64,000 nt of DNA from Camelus dromedarius (lineage: Eukaryota). The position numbers were made by a program, and so were the translations under genes. This document shows positions 1 through 13,131 of this stretch, one piece after another. Location: positions 17,236,001 to 17,300,000 of the forward strand of contig NC_087436.1 of the NCBI RefSeq assembly GCF_036321535.1, written 5' to 3'. The notes under the pieces were generated by a model. That model worked only from the letters and a program-made list of their open reading frames with translations, did not search any database and was not told the DNA's origin. The stretch's first letter is position 1, and every line of letters begins with the position of its first letter.

Positions 1-519
1 TTGTTCATCCCAAGTAACCCAGGAGGTGGCTTTCGCTGTCTTACAGCTCCAGGTGGTACTGCTTGCTTTTACATCCTGCTGATGGACATGAAGCCCAGGG
101 AGGTAAGAATCCTGAAGGTAAAGTGATGGTCCTGCTGCTGTGAATTCTTTTGAGTTTGATATTGTAATTCAGCATATTAAAGGCAAGTGTCTCTGTGATC
201 TGTATCTTCGAGGGGGGTTGTTTCAAACTGTCTGCATATTTAAATGGAAAAAGATCACCATCTTCTCTGCCATCACTTCGTGACTTAGCCTCTGCTTTAA
301 TTCATGACCTCTTGGAATAGATAGCTGTCTGATTCTGGCTTGTGACTCTTTTTTTCAGACACAGTCATCTCTTCTTTTCTCTTTTTTCCATTTTATTTAT
401 TTTTAGGGGGTAGGTATCTCTTTCTTTGTCAATGCCTCCCTGCCTTGCCTCTCCCCTGTGCTCAATCTTCTCCCTCCTCAGACCTTTCAGCTTCTCTGGA
501 GGTAGAGAGAGCAGGTGGT

Positions 520-559
520 AATGGTGGAGAAGAATCTGAACAGATTCTTCTCCACCATT
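520..559. repeat. Perfect inverted repeat, 19-bp arms with 2-nt loop
   Basis: aatggtggagaagaatctg-aa-cagattcttctccaccatt read directly. Confidence 0.95.
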
Positions 560-1572
560 CAGATTCAGAATGGGATGGATTTTGGAGCCCTTTTTTTCTC
601 TGTCTGAATATGTTGGAACTGTTTTCCATAGTTATGAAGGAGTCTTGCTTCCTGGCCCCACTCACTGACGCTTCCCCCACCATCCGTCTGTGAGCACTGC
701 TTTGTTTCTGTGATCACTGAACTGAAACCAGTTGAGTGTCAGCACTTATCCCATATGTTCATTAGCAATGAATCTGTAATTAATTTCTTATGGTTTGAAG
801 TTAATGAGACCGTTCTGTGTGTGTGTGCGTGTGCGCGCATGCACCAGCACTGTGTTTATGGGTTTTTAAATGATTGTTTAATTATTTATCTTGGTTTTGC
901 CTGTATTTGTAATGAAGGGAACTTGTTTTGTTTGACTATTTACCAGTAACATTTTTGCATAAATCTACTATGTACATATTATATGTGAAAAACAATCTCA
1001 CATTTGAGCTGCCTTGTTGAATTTGAGGCAAGAATATTTTACTGGCTCAACAGTAAAACTTATGAAGCTATTTCTCAGGGAGGTTTAGACCTAGTTTCAC
1101 ACGTTGCTTTCCAGAAAACTACAGCAGAAACGGACTATGAAAAGTTTACAGATTAGCCATATATTATTCATCATTGTTTAGAAAGGTGTTTTTTTTCAGT
1201 TGAATAGTAGCTGATATATAATCAAATGAAAAATTAAAAAATTAAGAACAGTGCACCAGCATAAGCCCATTTAATATGTATATGCATATGTATTCTATAT
1301 GAAACATAAGTGTTTTCTGTAATTGTTACCAAGGCTGTTGCCCCAGAATCATATGCCTGCCCCTCCCTGGAGCAGAAACCAATTAGTCTTACCTAAGTTT
1401 CAGAAACAAGCTTTAAAAAGATAAAAAAAAAAAAAAAAAAAAAGAACTGGGTAGAACCAGCCAGGCCCAAGATGGTGGAAGATTTGACTTCCAGTAGACC
1501 TTGAGCCTAGTTACATGCTCATTGTCATTTAACATGCTAGACGACACATCACAGGCACTCTGAAAGTTGACC

Positions 1573-1586
1573 GTTGCCATGACAAC
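1573..1586. promoter_or_regulatory. RFX X-box-like motif
   Basis: GTTGCCATGACAAC fits the palindromic RFX consensus GTTRCCATGGYAAC with one mismatch; function untested. Confidence 0.4.
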
Positions 1587-2485
1587 TGGAAAAGCCCATA
1601 CAAAGACTGAAAAGGAGATTTGCATAGGTTCTGGGTCCAAACCACACCCCTATTCTTGGGTCAGTCGTGGATGGATATTCCTCCTACCCTTTTCAATAAC
1701 CTCCCTTTTACCCCCACTCTCCTATATATTTGGTGTCTTCACCCACATTGGGTTGAGAAGTTGATTTGCGAACTAAGTTCCCCCTTCTCCATTCTTTGGC
1801 CATTGAGTAAAGCTTGTGCTGTTTCAGTCTCAGCATTAGTTTCATTATCTGTTTCTTGAATCCAGTTGGCAAAAGAATCTCCCTGGCAGAGACAAAAGGT
1901 CTCAAGCCCAGGACTAGGGCCCCCTGCAAGTCCAGTCGACTAATTCGGTAACACAGTGATCTTCCATTTTATAGATAACAAAAAAAAAAGTGCTCTTAAC
2001 ATAAACAAAAAGCACACATCACATTATAATTTCAAAAGATATTAATACTTGGTGTTCCTCCATATATTTTCAACCAGGTAGGCACTTAGGGAAATATGAA
2101 TTCATTAATTTAACAGACATTTGTTGAAAGCACACTATTTGCAAAGCAATATGAGAGATTTTAACACAAATAAGCATGACCCGGGGGGCTGATCACCAGG
2201 CGGTGGCCGTCTGGGCTGGGCTGGGGGGTGGATGCCATGGAAGAAGGCATGAATATCCTTTCGCGTCTACAGCACTTACAACGTTTGCGAACATTTTGGT
2301 TTAATTATCTTCGTGGTGAAAAAAGGTCAATATGTGTTTGATTTGCTTGTCATAAAAAGGTAAACTATAGACTCTACAGAATTCTAAGTATTAGGGAAAT
2401 TAGTACTTGGCCCCGAAATTTTTAACCCAAATATTTGCATTTTGATGAATCAAAATAAGCAGAGGATCTATTGTATTGTTCTTTT

Positions 2486-2720
2486 GTGATTAAGAGCATG
2501 GAATTAGGAGTTAGAAACCCATGAGTTTGAATCCTGGCTCACAGTGTATTAGCCATGTGACCAGAAAGAGGATGTAATCTTTCTACCACTCAGTTTCAAC
2601 AACTTTTTGGTAGTTCCAACTGCATACATTTGTGGTAACAGTTAAAAGAAAAAAAAAATTATTTGAAAGAATTTATCACAGTGCCTGACCAAAAAAGAAT
2701 AACTGGTAAATACTCCCAGT
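2486..2720 (+). mobile_element. MIR SINE, degraded
   Basis: gtgattaagagcatgg...gtttgaatcctggctc...ctcagtttc MIR core; boundaries approximate. Confidence 0.7.
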
Positions 2721-3754
2721 ATCACCAGTATTGGTATTATTACTGGCTTAGAGACAAGTCTTTCACAAGTCAAACAACTGTAAAATTTTTCCTTTGTGGT
2801 CCTGAAATAAGTTTTCCTTTCTCATGGAGAAAAAGAAGTGGTGTAAAGAAAATTTGGCAGAGAAATCAATTTTGTTGACCATAAAGCAAAGTCAGGGAGG
2901 TGACCAAAATTTAACTCACTCTACCAGTCCTCTCCCTTAAAAAAGGTAAAGATTCAGCCGCTCATGGTCCATTCCATCCTTTGGGTTCAGAGTTGTGTGA
3001 AATGCATATCATTCTGAGTTCTAGTCCTGGGGAAGGTTCTTTGACCTAGGCGACTCCAGTTTGGGGCAGTAAGCCAAATGTAATCCAGAATGGCCAGGAA
3101 ACAGTCATCACTGTATCAAGAGCCCAGATCCGTTAGGAGGTCTGGGGGTCTGTGGGGGTTTGGGAACTATATCAGACTGATGAAGTTCCTTGTTGCTAGT
3201 TGATGCCAAAACCCTGGAGGTCAGGCTTTACTCTTCCTAAAGAAGAAGAGAGAATGTCTAGAACCTCCTTATGGTTCTAAAAAACAATGAGTCAGAGTCA
3301 TCATGACTCAAGAAGTTTGGCAGTAACATTTGTCTTCTTTTCTCAGACATAAAAGAAGATGAAATTCCTAATCTCCCTTGCTGATCTCTTTGTGCCATAT
3401 GATTGCGTTCAGGTCCACAGTATGTGGGCAGATGCCACATAAGCCACTCCTAGGTCTGGCCCTTAGAAACATCTGACAGGGTCCTGCAGTCTTCTTCCTT
3501 CTTTTGCCACAGCATCCTCAGGGGTATATGTTCTAAGCCAAGTAGCTACAAGAAGAAGAAAAGAGTCCTGACGTATGTGACTTTATTTGAGGGAGAAATT
3601 AATCCGGTCTTCCACCACTGAAATTTCAGAGTTTATATCTGTTATTTCAACATAGCCCAGACCGGACCCGGACTTATTTAGGGAGAGGGTTAACTCTCCA
3701 AGAGTCGTGGAAAATGGCTGCAAACATTACTTGTGGAATGACATTTTTGAAAGC

Positions 3755-4300
3755 ATACATCAGATCATAACCCTTTCATACTTACAACCATCCAGTGGCT
3801 TCCTCTTATAATTAGAACTCCTGGCGTAGCCTAGAAGACCTTACAAAACCCGACCCCTGTCCCCTGTCTGCTTCATGGTCTGTATCTCCCCTTTGCTCAC
3901 TACGTGCCCCATCAATTCATCTATCTGAAACCCCTTGAATACGCTGCACAAGTGTCATCACTCAAGGTCTTTGCATTGGCTGTGGCTTCACCCTCAAATT
4001 TCTTTTCTGAAAATTCACAGGTCTGGCTGTTTCTAATCCTTTAAGTCTCTGCTCAAATGTCATCTCTGCAGTGATCCTACCGCCAGTGAATCTCTCCCTC
4101 TTCAGCCTGTATTATTTTCTCTTGAATATGAAATGACAGCATACAATTATTTACTCATTTGTTATCTGTATCCTTACTCTCTCACACTGGAGTCTAAGCC
4201 CCATGAGGTCAGGCACTTCATTTATTGAATCCTTGTATCAAAAACAGTACCAGACACATAATCCATATTCATTAGTCAATATTTGCTTAATTGATGAAAA
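3755..4300 (+). mobile_element. L2 LINE 3' fragment
   Basis: tctctgctcaaatgtcatctc, taagccccatgaggtcagg and atatttgcttaattgatgaa are typical of the L2 3' end. Confidence 0.75.
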
Positions 4301-4425
4301 AAATTAAGATTTTTTTTAAAAAAACAGATCTTTAGTCCCAGTGACAATATTATGTAAGTTCTATGATTCCATAGGTCTGTGTGATAAAAAGACCAATATG
4401 ACAATAGGAGATATTAGAATATACT

Positions 4426-4881
4426 TGTACTGTGTTGAATACTGTTCTCCAAAATGTTATGTCCACCTAGAACCTGTGACTGTGATCTTATCTGGAAATA
4501 AAGTCTTTGCAGATGGGATCAAGTTAGCATGAGTTTATTCTGGATGAGAATAAGCACTAAATCCAATATGACTGATATCCCCATGAAAAAGAGGGAACTC
4601 GGACAGAGACAGACACACACGAGGAAACCACCATGCCAGGACAGAGGCGAACATGGGAGTCACGTGTCCAGAAGCCAAAGAATGCAAAAGGTGCCCATGA
4701 GCAGGACAAGCTAGGAAGAAGTGGGGAAGGGTCAGCCCCTGAAGACTTCAGAGAGAATGTGGCCCTGCTCGCAAATTGATTGCAGACTTTTAGCCTTCAG
4801 AACTGTGAGAGAATACATTTCTGTTGTTCTTAGCCACCAAATTTGTGGTACTTTGTTGCAACAGCCATGGGGAACTAATAC
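4426..4881 (+). mobile_element. MaLR solo LTR (MLT1C-like)
   Basis: Starts tgtactgtgttgaat, contains gtctttgcagatg and cagaactgtgagagaatacatttctgttg, ends ggaactaatac. Confidence 0.85.
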
Positions 4882-6978
4882 TTAGAAAAAAAAAAGGAAA
4901 AGAAAAATTCAAAAAGCATTACTTAAAGTAGTGTGGTACTAGTGTTAAGAAACTAGGGTCATAGAAAAGAAAGAAAGAAATTAAACTCAGCTACGTAAGG
5001 ATTTTTAATGCAAAGTAAAATGTATAAATAAAGCAGAAGGGATGTCTATTTAAAAAAAATTGTGTGGCTAGAACTGCATAGCAATTAACAATAAAATAAA
5101 TATAGCCCATGTGGAGTTACACTGAATTTATACCTATCCTTCTGGAATTACCTTCTCCTTTAATTTAAGTGACAATAAACTGAACCTCATCCTGTATGGC
5201 TTCAGGAAAACCAACCTCCTGTCCAAGTATTTCTGAGTATCTTTTAGGGCTTCCTTGCACAGATTTTAGGAGTCAAATAGTCTACTAATTCAGCAATTTC
5301 ACCTCCAAAACAGGAACAATTTCTTTATTCCTCAGATTGTAGTTGTCTAGATAATACTTAGACTCGGGGCTAAAATAATGAAATGACACCTTGGAATATT
5401 TTTTAAATTAAAACTAAATATAAAACATTTTAGCTCCCAGTATCCGTTGGTCATACGTGCCAATTCGCATAGGATTCTCTTACAGGCGGCCCTTCTCCAT
5501 AGTGTGCAGTCAGCGGCCATATTTCTGGGACGGCTTATCTCCCTCAGGTGAGCATTCCCTTCCCTGACTTGTCCCCAAGTTAAGAGCCCCCCCATAAATT
5601 CCAACACTAGCACCAGTTGTAGAGACCCTACCAGTGAATGCCCCAAATCATTTAATATGAAAAATCTCAACACCAGAAATATGCATCTTCTTCTAGAGCC
5701 AACCCTAGAGAACATGGCTTTCTCCCTCATACCAACCAAAATATAAATCTCTACCTGAAACTAGTACAGAATTTTCTTTAAAAATCTACAGATGAAAGAC
5801 AATTTTTATAATTGACACAAGATAAATCATAGAAGGAAACTGAAAAACTCTTATCTGTTAAAAATTCTTATGCAATAAAAATAAAATTAACATAAAAAGA
5901 AAACAGGTGTTGGAGATCTTTGTACTGAAACTGGTAAGGGTTTACTATCTGTCATAGCAAAAGAACTAGTATCAAAATATCAGTAGTAAGAGTTGCAACA
6001 AACTTGTGCAATGGTCCCCTGAATAACCGTGGCACAGAAATCTGGGAGTTTATCCATAAGAATTGTGACTAGGGTCCAGTCAGGACTAGGAACCAACACA
6101 GGAAGTATTATAGTGATGGAGGATGAAGATTTGCAAGCAAGGGAATTTCCTAGTGAGGCACAGATTAACTCTTTTCTCGGCACAAAGCCAGAGACAGGAA
6201 GAAAGAAGTCCTGAAGGAGAAGAGGGCAACAGGTAACCCTCCTGTCTCACAATAAATGGAGGTGGCCAGCAGAGACAATGCTAGGTACTGAGCTCTACGG
6301 AATTCCCCAAATAGTGCCTTGAAGGTGGGAACAACAGAAGTGTGAGAAGCTGGGACTCAGTACTGAGGCCAAAGGGCCCAAACAAAAAACCTTCCCATCT
6401 TTTCAACCATGGCAAGCAAACTGAAAGACTCAAGAACATTGTGAATTGACATCACATGAAATGAGAAAATATTTGACTTAATATTTGGCTCACTTTTATA
6501 ATTTTCCATATTTTTCTTTCAGATCATTATAACATTTTCTTAAACTATTAAATAGTTGATAGTCATTGTAAGTTTTTTTTTAATGCAGGAAATAAAAAAC
6601 TTAAAAAAATGAGAATGACCCAAAATCCTATTATGTAGAAATAGTCCCTGGTTACATTTTGGTGTTTCATAGTTTTATTCTATTAGTTTCTATTTATATA
6701 TCTCTATCAACAGCTATTTACATATATCTGAATGATGTATCTGTATAAATTCCATCTTAAGGATGTGGCGTGGTTTAGTTATTCACCACCCATTCTTGAG
6801 AAACCTTGATTGTTTCTGTTACTAATATAATTATAATTGCATACTACATGTACAAAGTATATGAAATAGTATAAAATTTCATTATAATGAAAGTATATGT
6901 AAATCTCTACATAGCTCTCCATAATTGAAAACATAATTTCCTAGAACATTTATCAATAAGTTTATGAGATAAACATTT

Positions 6979-7533
6979 ATTTTTACTTATTTTTATTTTT
7001 TACATCCATTTTTATATCTTTTTTATTTTTTAATTTTTATTGAAGTATTTTTAATTTTATTAATATAGTTCCCTGTGCTATAGGGCAGGACCTTGTTGTT
7101 TATCTATCTTATATATAGAAGTATGTATCTGAAAAATCCCAGACTCCTAATTTATCTTTCTCTCTGCTTCTACTTTCTCCTTTGGTAACCATTAATTTAT
7201 TTTTTCTGTCTGTGAGTCTATTTCTGTCTTGGAAATAAGTTCATTTGTATTATTTTTTAGATTTTACATATAAGTGATATATATCTTTCTCTGTCTGACT
7301 TACTTCACTTAGTATGGTAATCTCTAGGACAATTCAAGTTGCTGCAAATGACATTATTTCATTCTTTTTTTATGGCTGATTAATATTCCAACACCTCAAC
7401 ATCTTCTTTAGCCATTCATCTGTGAATGGACATTGCTTCCATGTGTTGGCTCTTGTAAATAGTGCTGTTATAAATATTGGGGTGTATGTATCTTTTTGAA
7501 TTAGAGCTTTCATCTTTTCTGGATATATGTGGT
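6979..7533 (-). mobile_element. 5'-truncated L1 (ORF2 end plus 3' UTR) inserted in older L1M sequence
   Basis: T-rich tail, gttccctgtgctata, ctgacttacttcacttag, gttgctgcaaatgacatt; TSD ataaacattt at 6969-6978 and 7534-7543. Confidence 0.85.
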
Positions 7534-9274
7534 ATAAACATTTTAAAAGTATTGATAAACATTGTTAGGAATCACTCCACAAAATGTGCACCAACTTAAA
7601 AAAACTACCTTCAGCAAATGAGAGTTTCTCTTTAACTACAAAATTTCCAACATCAGATACTAATATTTTGCTTTTAATCCTTGTCAGTTTGATAGTTTAA
7701 AAATATGTAGTTTTAATTTTAATTTATTTATTATTAGTGAGGTAGAACATGTTAAATTCTTTTCTTTGTTAATTAAATTCTCATTATAAGTCAGTAATAG
7801 GAGAAATTACAATATGTGGTACATTAGGAAAGAAGAAAGAAAATTACTTAATTTGATGTAGTGGGTATTCCCAAGTGTACCACATAAAAACAAAATGGAA
7901 ACTTATAAAAAATATAATCTGGACCTTTGGTGCTGCTCTATTCAGCACAAAGATTACATGTGAAAAGATTGAATTCTTTAGCATCAAAGATATACAAATT
8001 CATATCATAACAATTTAACATTATAGCAAAAGGAGAATTAGCCACTGTTAAGCATCCATTGTTGTGACATTTTTGAGTTTCTACATTAGGGATGGTGACT
8101 AACAGGAGGGAAAGGCATGGGTGGTAAATGAATAGCATATGGAGCTATTGAAGGGAAAGAGATTGGATACTGCTCTAGTATTGGAGCCAGATTTAGCCAT
8201 GTAGTATGTACTTACTTCCAGGATTTGGTAGGGGTAGGGTTCAAGATCAAGTGTACTGTATAGGAAGATTTAGGTTAAGATATTCCCCTAGACATGGCAG
8301 GGAGAATGGCTACCGGTCATCACTGGCCATAGATGATTTGGGTTTCAATATGATGCCAAAGACACCCATGCATCCAGGATTTTTTGCTTAAAAGGACGAA
8401 ACCTACTTGCAGGTTTCTCTCAAGGGAGATAGCAATGTGATTGACAGAAAGAAGCCAAGGGAAATCGATGTGTCTCATTTACTTTACTGTCCATAAAGAT
8501 ACAGAAACTCAACTGCATTGAAGTTACCCCACAATGCAAGGAACCCAGCAGTGCTTTTGACAAAGGTTCATGATTCTCTGGCATCTAATTCTTCAGACTA
8601 AAAACCCTCCCTGATCAGGGTGAGGACCCCATTCAGTCCTTCAAGATGCTTCTTGGGTTTTTTATTTATACATTGCTAGGCCCTTTCACCCATGCTGGGA
8701 AATCTCACTTGTGGGCCTGTCTTTCCATGAGAAATAAGCAACTGACAGCAATGGCATGTTGCCAACTATGTACTGTGTGACGAGTGACTCAATGACTCAA
8801 AGGCCATTTCCCAAACACACTATCCCAAGCAGCCCTAAGTTTCAGGCTTTAGGTCTAATCCTAAAGTTATAAAGTGACAACTGCACACTGAAAATGGATT
8901 AACTTATTCTAGTTATTTTTTAAAATCCAATCAGAATTAAAAAATTCTCCACTCTCAATATTATTATGTGTTTCCAGCTGTAGATATTCGCTGAATGTGA
9001 CCCAAAATTTAAAAGTAATTATTTTCTAGCAATGGCTGCAATTTATATTCCTTTACAATTAGAATCAGTGTGATTAACTCAACTTAAGTCATCTGTGGTA
9101 ACTGTATATAATAATGGCATCGTAGCTTAAATAATGCAACCAAGCAATCTTTGCAGAGTTTTTATTAATAGAAATTAAGATGGCCAAAAATCAGTGTCAT
9201 GACATAGATTTGTTATTTTGGTATTCAAGAAGTCAGGAAACCATTAGAGTGGATCCTGCAATTCAAGAGAACCA

Positions 9275-9288
9275 CCAACAGATGGCAG
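9275..9288 (+). promoter_or_regulatory. CTCF-like motif
   Basis: CCAACAGATGGCAG resembles the CTCF core CCASYAGRKGGCR; motif only. Confidence 0.35.
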
Positions 9289-9799
9289 TCTGCTCTATTC
9301 AGACATAAAAAGACAAAAAGGGTTTTCAAATCAAATTTTTTTTACTATCAATTCCTAGGCTTGGATTAGTCACCTGGTAAAGTGTAATCTCTTAAAAAGA
9401 AGTTAACACTCTGAACTTGTCACTAAGAATTTAGAAATTGTTTTTTAGCTACTCAAGCAATTTGTAGCTGTTCAGTTATAACCTGACCTTTGGAAACCTC
9501 TCACTGACAACAGCTTTTACATGGTCCACGCATTTTGATTCTCAGAAAGCAGTGTCTTTTTTCATAACCTGGTAGCCAATTCAGGCAAATATAGTTAATT
9601 TATAAAATGCATTTTCATTTGAAATATGAAATCAATATATATTGAAAATATTGTAAATATATGCTTAGGTTTTAAATTATAAAGCTTATGTATAGAAAAT
9701 CAGATACAGTCAAATCTCCAAATCAGAATTTTTTTCTAAAAGGGAAACAGGAGAGACTAAGTGTATATACAAAAATTAGTGAATTAAAATGGAGAGATT

Positions 9800-10260
9800 A
9801 TGTGGATTGACTAAAAGAGACCATGCATTATAAAACTGTTATAATTATTGTGAACAAGGGGCATAAAGCCTTTCTTTAGAAGAACTAGGAGCCATGAACA
9901 TATACCTTCCCTAGAATTTAAGACATTTCTTAGTATAAGTGAGTACAGACAAACTGATTCACAAGGTCAGTAATTATGGTGTGAGGTAATGAGATATTTG
10001 AATGAGGGGAAGAAATGGTTTGAATAACTAAGACTGGAGGTAATTGGGAGTGGTGACTGGTCAGGGCTAACTAATGGAGAGCTGCAGAGATAAATATTAG
10101 GAGACCGTTTTGTTCACTTTCTTCATCAGTGACCTGGAAGAGGGCACCTGCATTAAGAGGATGAAATCTGCTGACATAGGGATAGTTAGGTGCGGAAGGG
10201 ACAGTCACAAAAGAGTGCTTGGACTGACTTGGACAGGCTAAAAGCATGGACTGGCAAGTG
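9800..10260 (+). mobile_element. L3/CR1 LINE reverse-transcriptase fossil
   Basis: Degraded translations VLFTFFISDLEEG...MKSAD and DLDRLKAW match CR1 RT motifs VLFNIFINDLDEG...KFADD and DLDRLEKW in the right order. Confidence 0.75.
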
Positions 10261-11214
10261 GCTTACTTGATTCAATTCTGAAGAAAAAATTCCAGGAACT
10301 TAAAAACTTAAAGCCATAATCATAAAAAAAAAAAAAAGAAAGAAAAGAAAAGAAAAAGAAAGAAAGAGAAATATAAACTCCTAAAATCCCCAGAGGACTG
10401 GGCTCTAAAAGAAGTACATTGAGGCAAATCTTTTGAGGCATGCTTAGAAGTCAAAATACAGGGAGGAAATAGAAAAGTAGGCATTCAGAATATGGAAATT
10501 TTATCAGTGTCACAGAAAGGTCTACCTCTCCCGTAATATTCATGTGTCCTAATTTTTCATCCCTGCCATGATTTTTTCTCCTTTGACCCCCAAACATGCA
10601 ATCAGTTTATAATGCTGAGACTCTTGCTCCTTTTTTTCCCCTTAGATATTCTGGAGACTCTTAGTCAGGATAGACGGTCACCATCCATCCATCCTGACTA
10701 GAGACATGTGCCTCGAACAGTTAACCAAAAAAGGCTCCACCAAAGTGGGCCAAGGGTATTTTGCTCTTATTATTTTTCATAGTTTCCATGGGCATTTTTG
10801 TTAATAAGAAGCAGTTAAAAAAAAAAAGTAGAGGAGAGTATTTGAATAACAGGGCAATGTTTCCTAGTCAGGACTCATTCCTCTGAGACTCTCAGAAGGC
10901 TAGCTGTCCCTGTGTCTAGGGCGAGGGCACCAAACCAGATCTTAAAGCCTCAATGCTTAGGCTGTGACTGCATAGTGACCCGTGTTCCTCAAATCTGAAC
11001 AACAGCATAAAAAGAGAGCACTGAATAATATATATCACTAGCTACTGATGAATTTTTTAGTTAAGTAAAAAAAAAAAAATCGTCTCTATTCTGCTCTATA
11101 AAGAAATCAAAACCAAGATACAGTATCAACTGTGCTCCTGCCTTGCCTAGAAATCTGGAGTAGCTTTGCATTGCTTGAAGGATGATATTAATACTCTTAG
11201 AGAAATAATATAGA

Positions 11215-11400
11215 TTGAGTAATATTTATGAATCAAGGCACTGCTGCTTGACCTTGTGTAGTCCTCATCATAATTCTGCAGGTTAGTATCATCCTAATTT
11301 CACGGCTAAAGAAATCAGGATCCAGAGATATCAAATGATTTTTCTGAGCTCTCAGAGCCAAAGAGAGATCCATCTCAAGCCAAATCCTTTGCTCTTTTCA
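11215..11400 (-). mobile_element. MIR SINE, degraded
   Basis: cctcatcataattctgcaggttagtatcatcctaatttcacggctaaagaaa resembles the MIR reverse complement. Confidence 0.6.
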
Positions 11401-11505
11401 TCACAACTGTATGCATTTGTCTTTACACACATATCACAATAAATAGAAGGTTGATAGGAGGCTGGATGATGGAAGGATAATGCGTAGAAGATATGGTGGT
11501 GTCTA

Positions 11506-11511
11506 ACACAT

Positions 11512-11544
<33 letters not shown>

Positions 11545-11556
11545 CACACATACACA
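11506..11556. repeat. Imperfect (CA)n microsatellite
   Basis: Direct reading. Confidence 0.95.
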
Positions 11557-12169
11557 TCACTTCTTTGCCCTGTCTTGTCATTCAAGGCTTTCACCAATAG
11601 GGATAATATCTCACAAATCCGTCATCTGCTTCATGCACTGAGCGTACCAGTTGAAGCATATTATTCTCTGTTTCCCTCAAATGTCCTTGCTTTCTTGCTG
11701 CAAGTTGTCCCTCAATCTCCACACATCCAAGTCCCACCAAGGAACAACTCTGTCCTTTTCCCAAAACACATCCTGCTGTCTGCACTGGTCTTTGGCATCA
11801 CCTCTCCCTGCCCAACAGGTCTGAGAGTGGCTTGATTGCCGTAGTACGTCACACCCACACCACCAGCAGGTTGCCTTGCACACGGTGACTGTCCAATATC
11901 TGTCGAATGAGTAGACACGTGTGCTCACGTCAAGTGCTAACGGGTACATAGTCCACCTGCAGTGCTGAGTTGGTTATACTTGATTAACCCCAGTAAAAAG
12001 CATTTAAACCCAGTTACTATCATCAAATCCTAGACTTTGCTTTTTTATTTTCAGTATTATACTCATTTGCAAAATTTGCAAATATTCTTTTAAACCTTTT
12101 CCCTTTCACTTAGTGTCTTTAATAACTTAGCTTGATATCATAATATTCTGGATGAAACTGACTCTTACA

Positions 12170-12320
12170 AGTTCAGGCTCTGTAATTAGATTACCTGGGT
12201 CAAATCCTGGCTCTGCCACTTCCCATGCCTCAGTTTTCTCATCTGTCAGATGGGATAAATGAGTGCCTACCTATCTAGGAAATTGCCTGGTCTATTAATA
12301 AGCACTTAGTAGTTATCAGC
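12170..12320 (+). mobile_element. MIR SINE
   Basis: cctgggtcaaatcctggctctgccact...gcctcagttttctcatctgt MIR core. Confidence 0.8.
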
Positions 12321-12630
12321 TCAGACTGAAATAATTATAAATCTGATTATCTTATTTCCTCCCATGTTACTCTCATTTCCCTCCATGTATAATCTTTCTC
12401 TCCTTCAGGGAGAGGGAAAGCTAATTTAAGATTATAATGAAAATTAAGATAGACTCATTTTCCACATGGAGTTAAATGAAGCTTACAAACATTGATTAGT
12501 AACATACTCTGGGCTGAGTACTGTCCTGGTGCCAAGAGACACCAAGCAGTCAGGATGTGCACAGGTTCTGGGACCTCTCTGAGCTCACGGTATAGGAGGA
12601 GAGAAACACCTTTCAAATCACACTATTGGT

Positions 12631-13131
12631 ATGACTGGATAAAGAAGATGTGGTATATTTATACAATGGAATACTATTCAGCCATAAAAACAACAACATA
12701 ATGCCATTTGCAGCAACATGAATGTTCCTGGAGAATGTCATTCTAAGTGAAGTAAGCCAGAAACAGAAAGAAAAATACCATATGAGATCGCTTATATGAG
12801 GACTCTTAAAAAAAAAAGAACATAAATACAAAACAGAGACAGACTCATAGACACAGAATACAAACTTGTGGTTGCCAAGGGGGCGGGGGGTGGGAAGGGA
12901 CAGACTGGGATTTCAAAATGTAGAACAGATAAACAAGATTATACTGTATAGCACAGGGAAATATACACAAGATCTTGTGGTAGCTCACAGTGGAAAAAAA
13001 ATGTAACGAGTATATGTATGTTTATGTATAACTGAAAAATTATGCTCTTCACTGGTATTTGACACAACATTGTAAAATGACTATAACTCAATAAAAAATG
13101 TGAAAAAAAATGTATTTGCCAAGAAAACCCC
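12631..13131 (+). mobile_element. Young 5'-truncated L1 3' end
   Basis: ORF2 C-terminal WIKKMWYIYTMEYYSAIK, 3' UTR and A-rich tail; TSD cacactattggt at 12619-12630 and 13132-13143. Confidence 0.92.

Noticed and set aside
5100..6480. Possible old LTR or ERV-derived segments
   Set aside because: Could not assign termini or a family by eye; needs RepeatMasker.
12065..12083. Short palindrome atttgcaaa-a-tttgcaaat
   Set aside because: 9-bp AT-rich arms are expected by chance in 64 kb.
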